A stretch of 56,817 nt of DNA from a virus. Lineage: Duplodnaviria > Caudoviricetes. This document shows positions 55,910-56,817 of the stretch, piece after piece. How positions within the stretch are numbered: position 1 is the stretch's first letter; every line of letters begins with the position of its first letter. The stretch is taken from the IMG/VR virus record IMGVR_UViG_3300046822_000346, positions 1-56,817 of that record. One strand, 5' to 3'. Below the pieces are notes generated by a model. It was not told the DNA's origin, searched no databases, and saw only the letters and a program-made list of their open reading frames with translations. The translations under genes and the position numbers were made by a program.

Positions 55910-56632
55910 ATGCGACAGCAGCAGCGCGTGTTCCTGGTCCTAATGTGTTTCGTCGGCATAGTGTGGTTTAGCAGCGCTCCGGCGGCGCACGCACAAGGGT
56001 TGACCCCTTCAGGAGGCATTTACTTGTCACACGGACAAGCTTGTGTTACCTGGAAATCCGGGTCGTGGACCTACACGCATTGCACGACGCACTGGCACAT
56101 CTCAAACGGGCGCATCATTAGTGACAACCCGTCCTGGGTGCCTAACAACGGAGTGCCGACACACTCCACCGCCTCGGCTCCAACTCGTCCTGCATCCGTC
56201 ACCGTGACCTCGTCTCGCGCGGGACGTACCGGGCCCTGCACTTCCGCGGCTATGTTCGGCGCACGTATTACCCAGTGGACGCCACCGCCAGGGTGCTACG
56301 CGAACATCTATTACCCGCGCTTGTCAGACTATGTCTCGCGACCTTCGTTTGGTTGGTGCAACTGGTTGCCAGAGGTCATGCAACCTCAGTATACTGGCAA
56401 CGTCGCACTGCACCTACCAAGTCATGCTACTCCGCGCGTAGGGTCCACGGTGTTCTTCGCACCCGGGGTACAAGGTGCAAGCTCGGCTGGACACTATGCG
56501 TACCTAGTTGGTATTGGTCCCAACGGGTGGTTGCTGGTGGAGGAGATGAACTTCTACTTCAGGGGCGGCGGCTGGGCCAAGATCGACTACCGGTACGTTC
56601 ATGTGGGAGCTGGAATCCAGTTCCGCTACTAA
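55910..56632 (+). CDS. secreted CHAP-domain protein
   Basis: Signal peptide ending AHA; GWCNW, AGHYA, EMNF. Confidence 0.75.
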   Translation: MRQQQRVFLVLMCFVGIVWFSSAPAAHAQGLTPSGGIYLSHGQACVTWKSGSWTYTHCTTHWHISNGRIISDNPSWVPNNGVPTHSTASAPTRPASVTVTSSRAGRTGPCTSAAMFGARITQWTPPPGCYANIYYPRLSDYVSRPSFGWCNWLPEVMQPQYTGNVALHLPSHATPRVGSTVFFAPGVQGASSAGHYAYLVGIGPNGWLLVEEMNFYFRGGGWAKIDYRYVHVGAGIQFRY

Positions 56633-56660
56633 ACACCACGCGTGCTCTAGGTATGCCAAT

Positions 56661-56693
56661 AAACTGCGCAGGATTGACTCCTGCGCAGTTTTG
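56661..56693 (+). terminator. intrinsic terminator
   Basis: AAACTGCGCAGGA-ttgac-TCCTGCGCAGTTT. Confidence 0.75.
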
Positions 56694-56709
56694 CATATTG
56701 GGCAGGTAC

Positions 56710-56817
56710 CCGGCGTGCCTTTTCCATCTGCCTGATTTATAATGAGATCATGGAAGGCGGACCGGCATGACGGCCGCCAAGCGCAGCAGTTTTGGAGGTA
56801 CCACGCATGGCAAGCAC
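56710..56817 (+). promoter_or_regulatory. cassette-type promoter, RBS and start of a truncated ORF
   Basis: CCGGCGTGCC..TATAAT(56738), leader hairpin, TTTTGGAGGT, ATG at 56807. Confidence 0.7.

Noticed and set aside
1-56817. Integrase/lysogeny module, tRNAs, DGR or retron reverse transcriptase, stop-codon recoding
   Set aside because: No recognisable motifs by eye, and TAA, TAG and TGA all end conserved genes. tRNAscan and HMM searches were not run.

Overview
This window is a near-complete genome of a tailed dsDNA phage (siphovirus gene set, HK97-type head, GC-rich). No integrase, tRNA or CRISPR array was seen. It has four parts. (1) 1-13.2 kb (+), DNA metabolism: SNF2 helicase, pyrimidine-dimer glycosylase, Sak4-like ATPase and SSB, a 7-deazaguanine DNA-modification cluster (queD, queE, folE, Nmad1/DUF1599-like, TGT/DpdA-like), and a family-A polymerase fused to a degenerate UDG domain. 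(2) 13.3-22.6 kb, an array of small-gene cassettes, each preceded by a near-identical element: CCARTTTT-n-AAAAYTGG palindrome, CCGGCGTGCC -35, GGCATATAAT -10, 5' hairpin and GTT(T/C)GGAGG RBS. (3) 22.6-49.7 kb (-), lysis, tail, head and packaging genes, with queC inserted between the terminase subunits. (4) 49.8-56.8 kb (+), a putative origin, primase-helicase, RuvC-like resolvase and a secreted CHAP protein. The strongest new observations are the repeated promoter/operator cassette array, a promoter-driven structured small RNA whose loop is complementary to the shared cassette RBS, a probable -1 frameshift fusing portal to the MuF head protein, a pseudoknot-like queC leader, and probable ATC start codons. 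All functional calls come from motif recognition by eye, not database searches.
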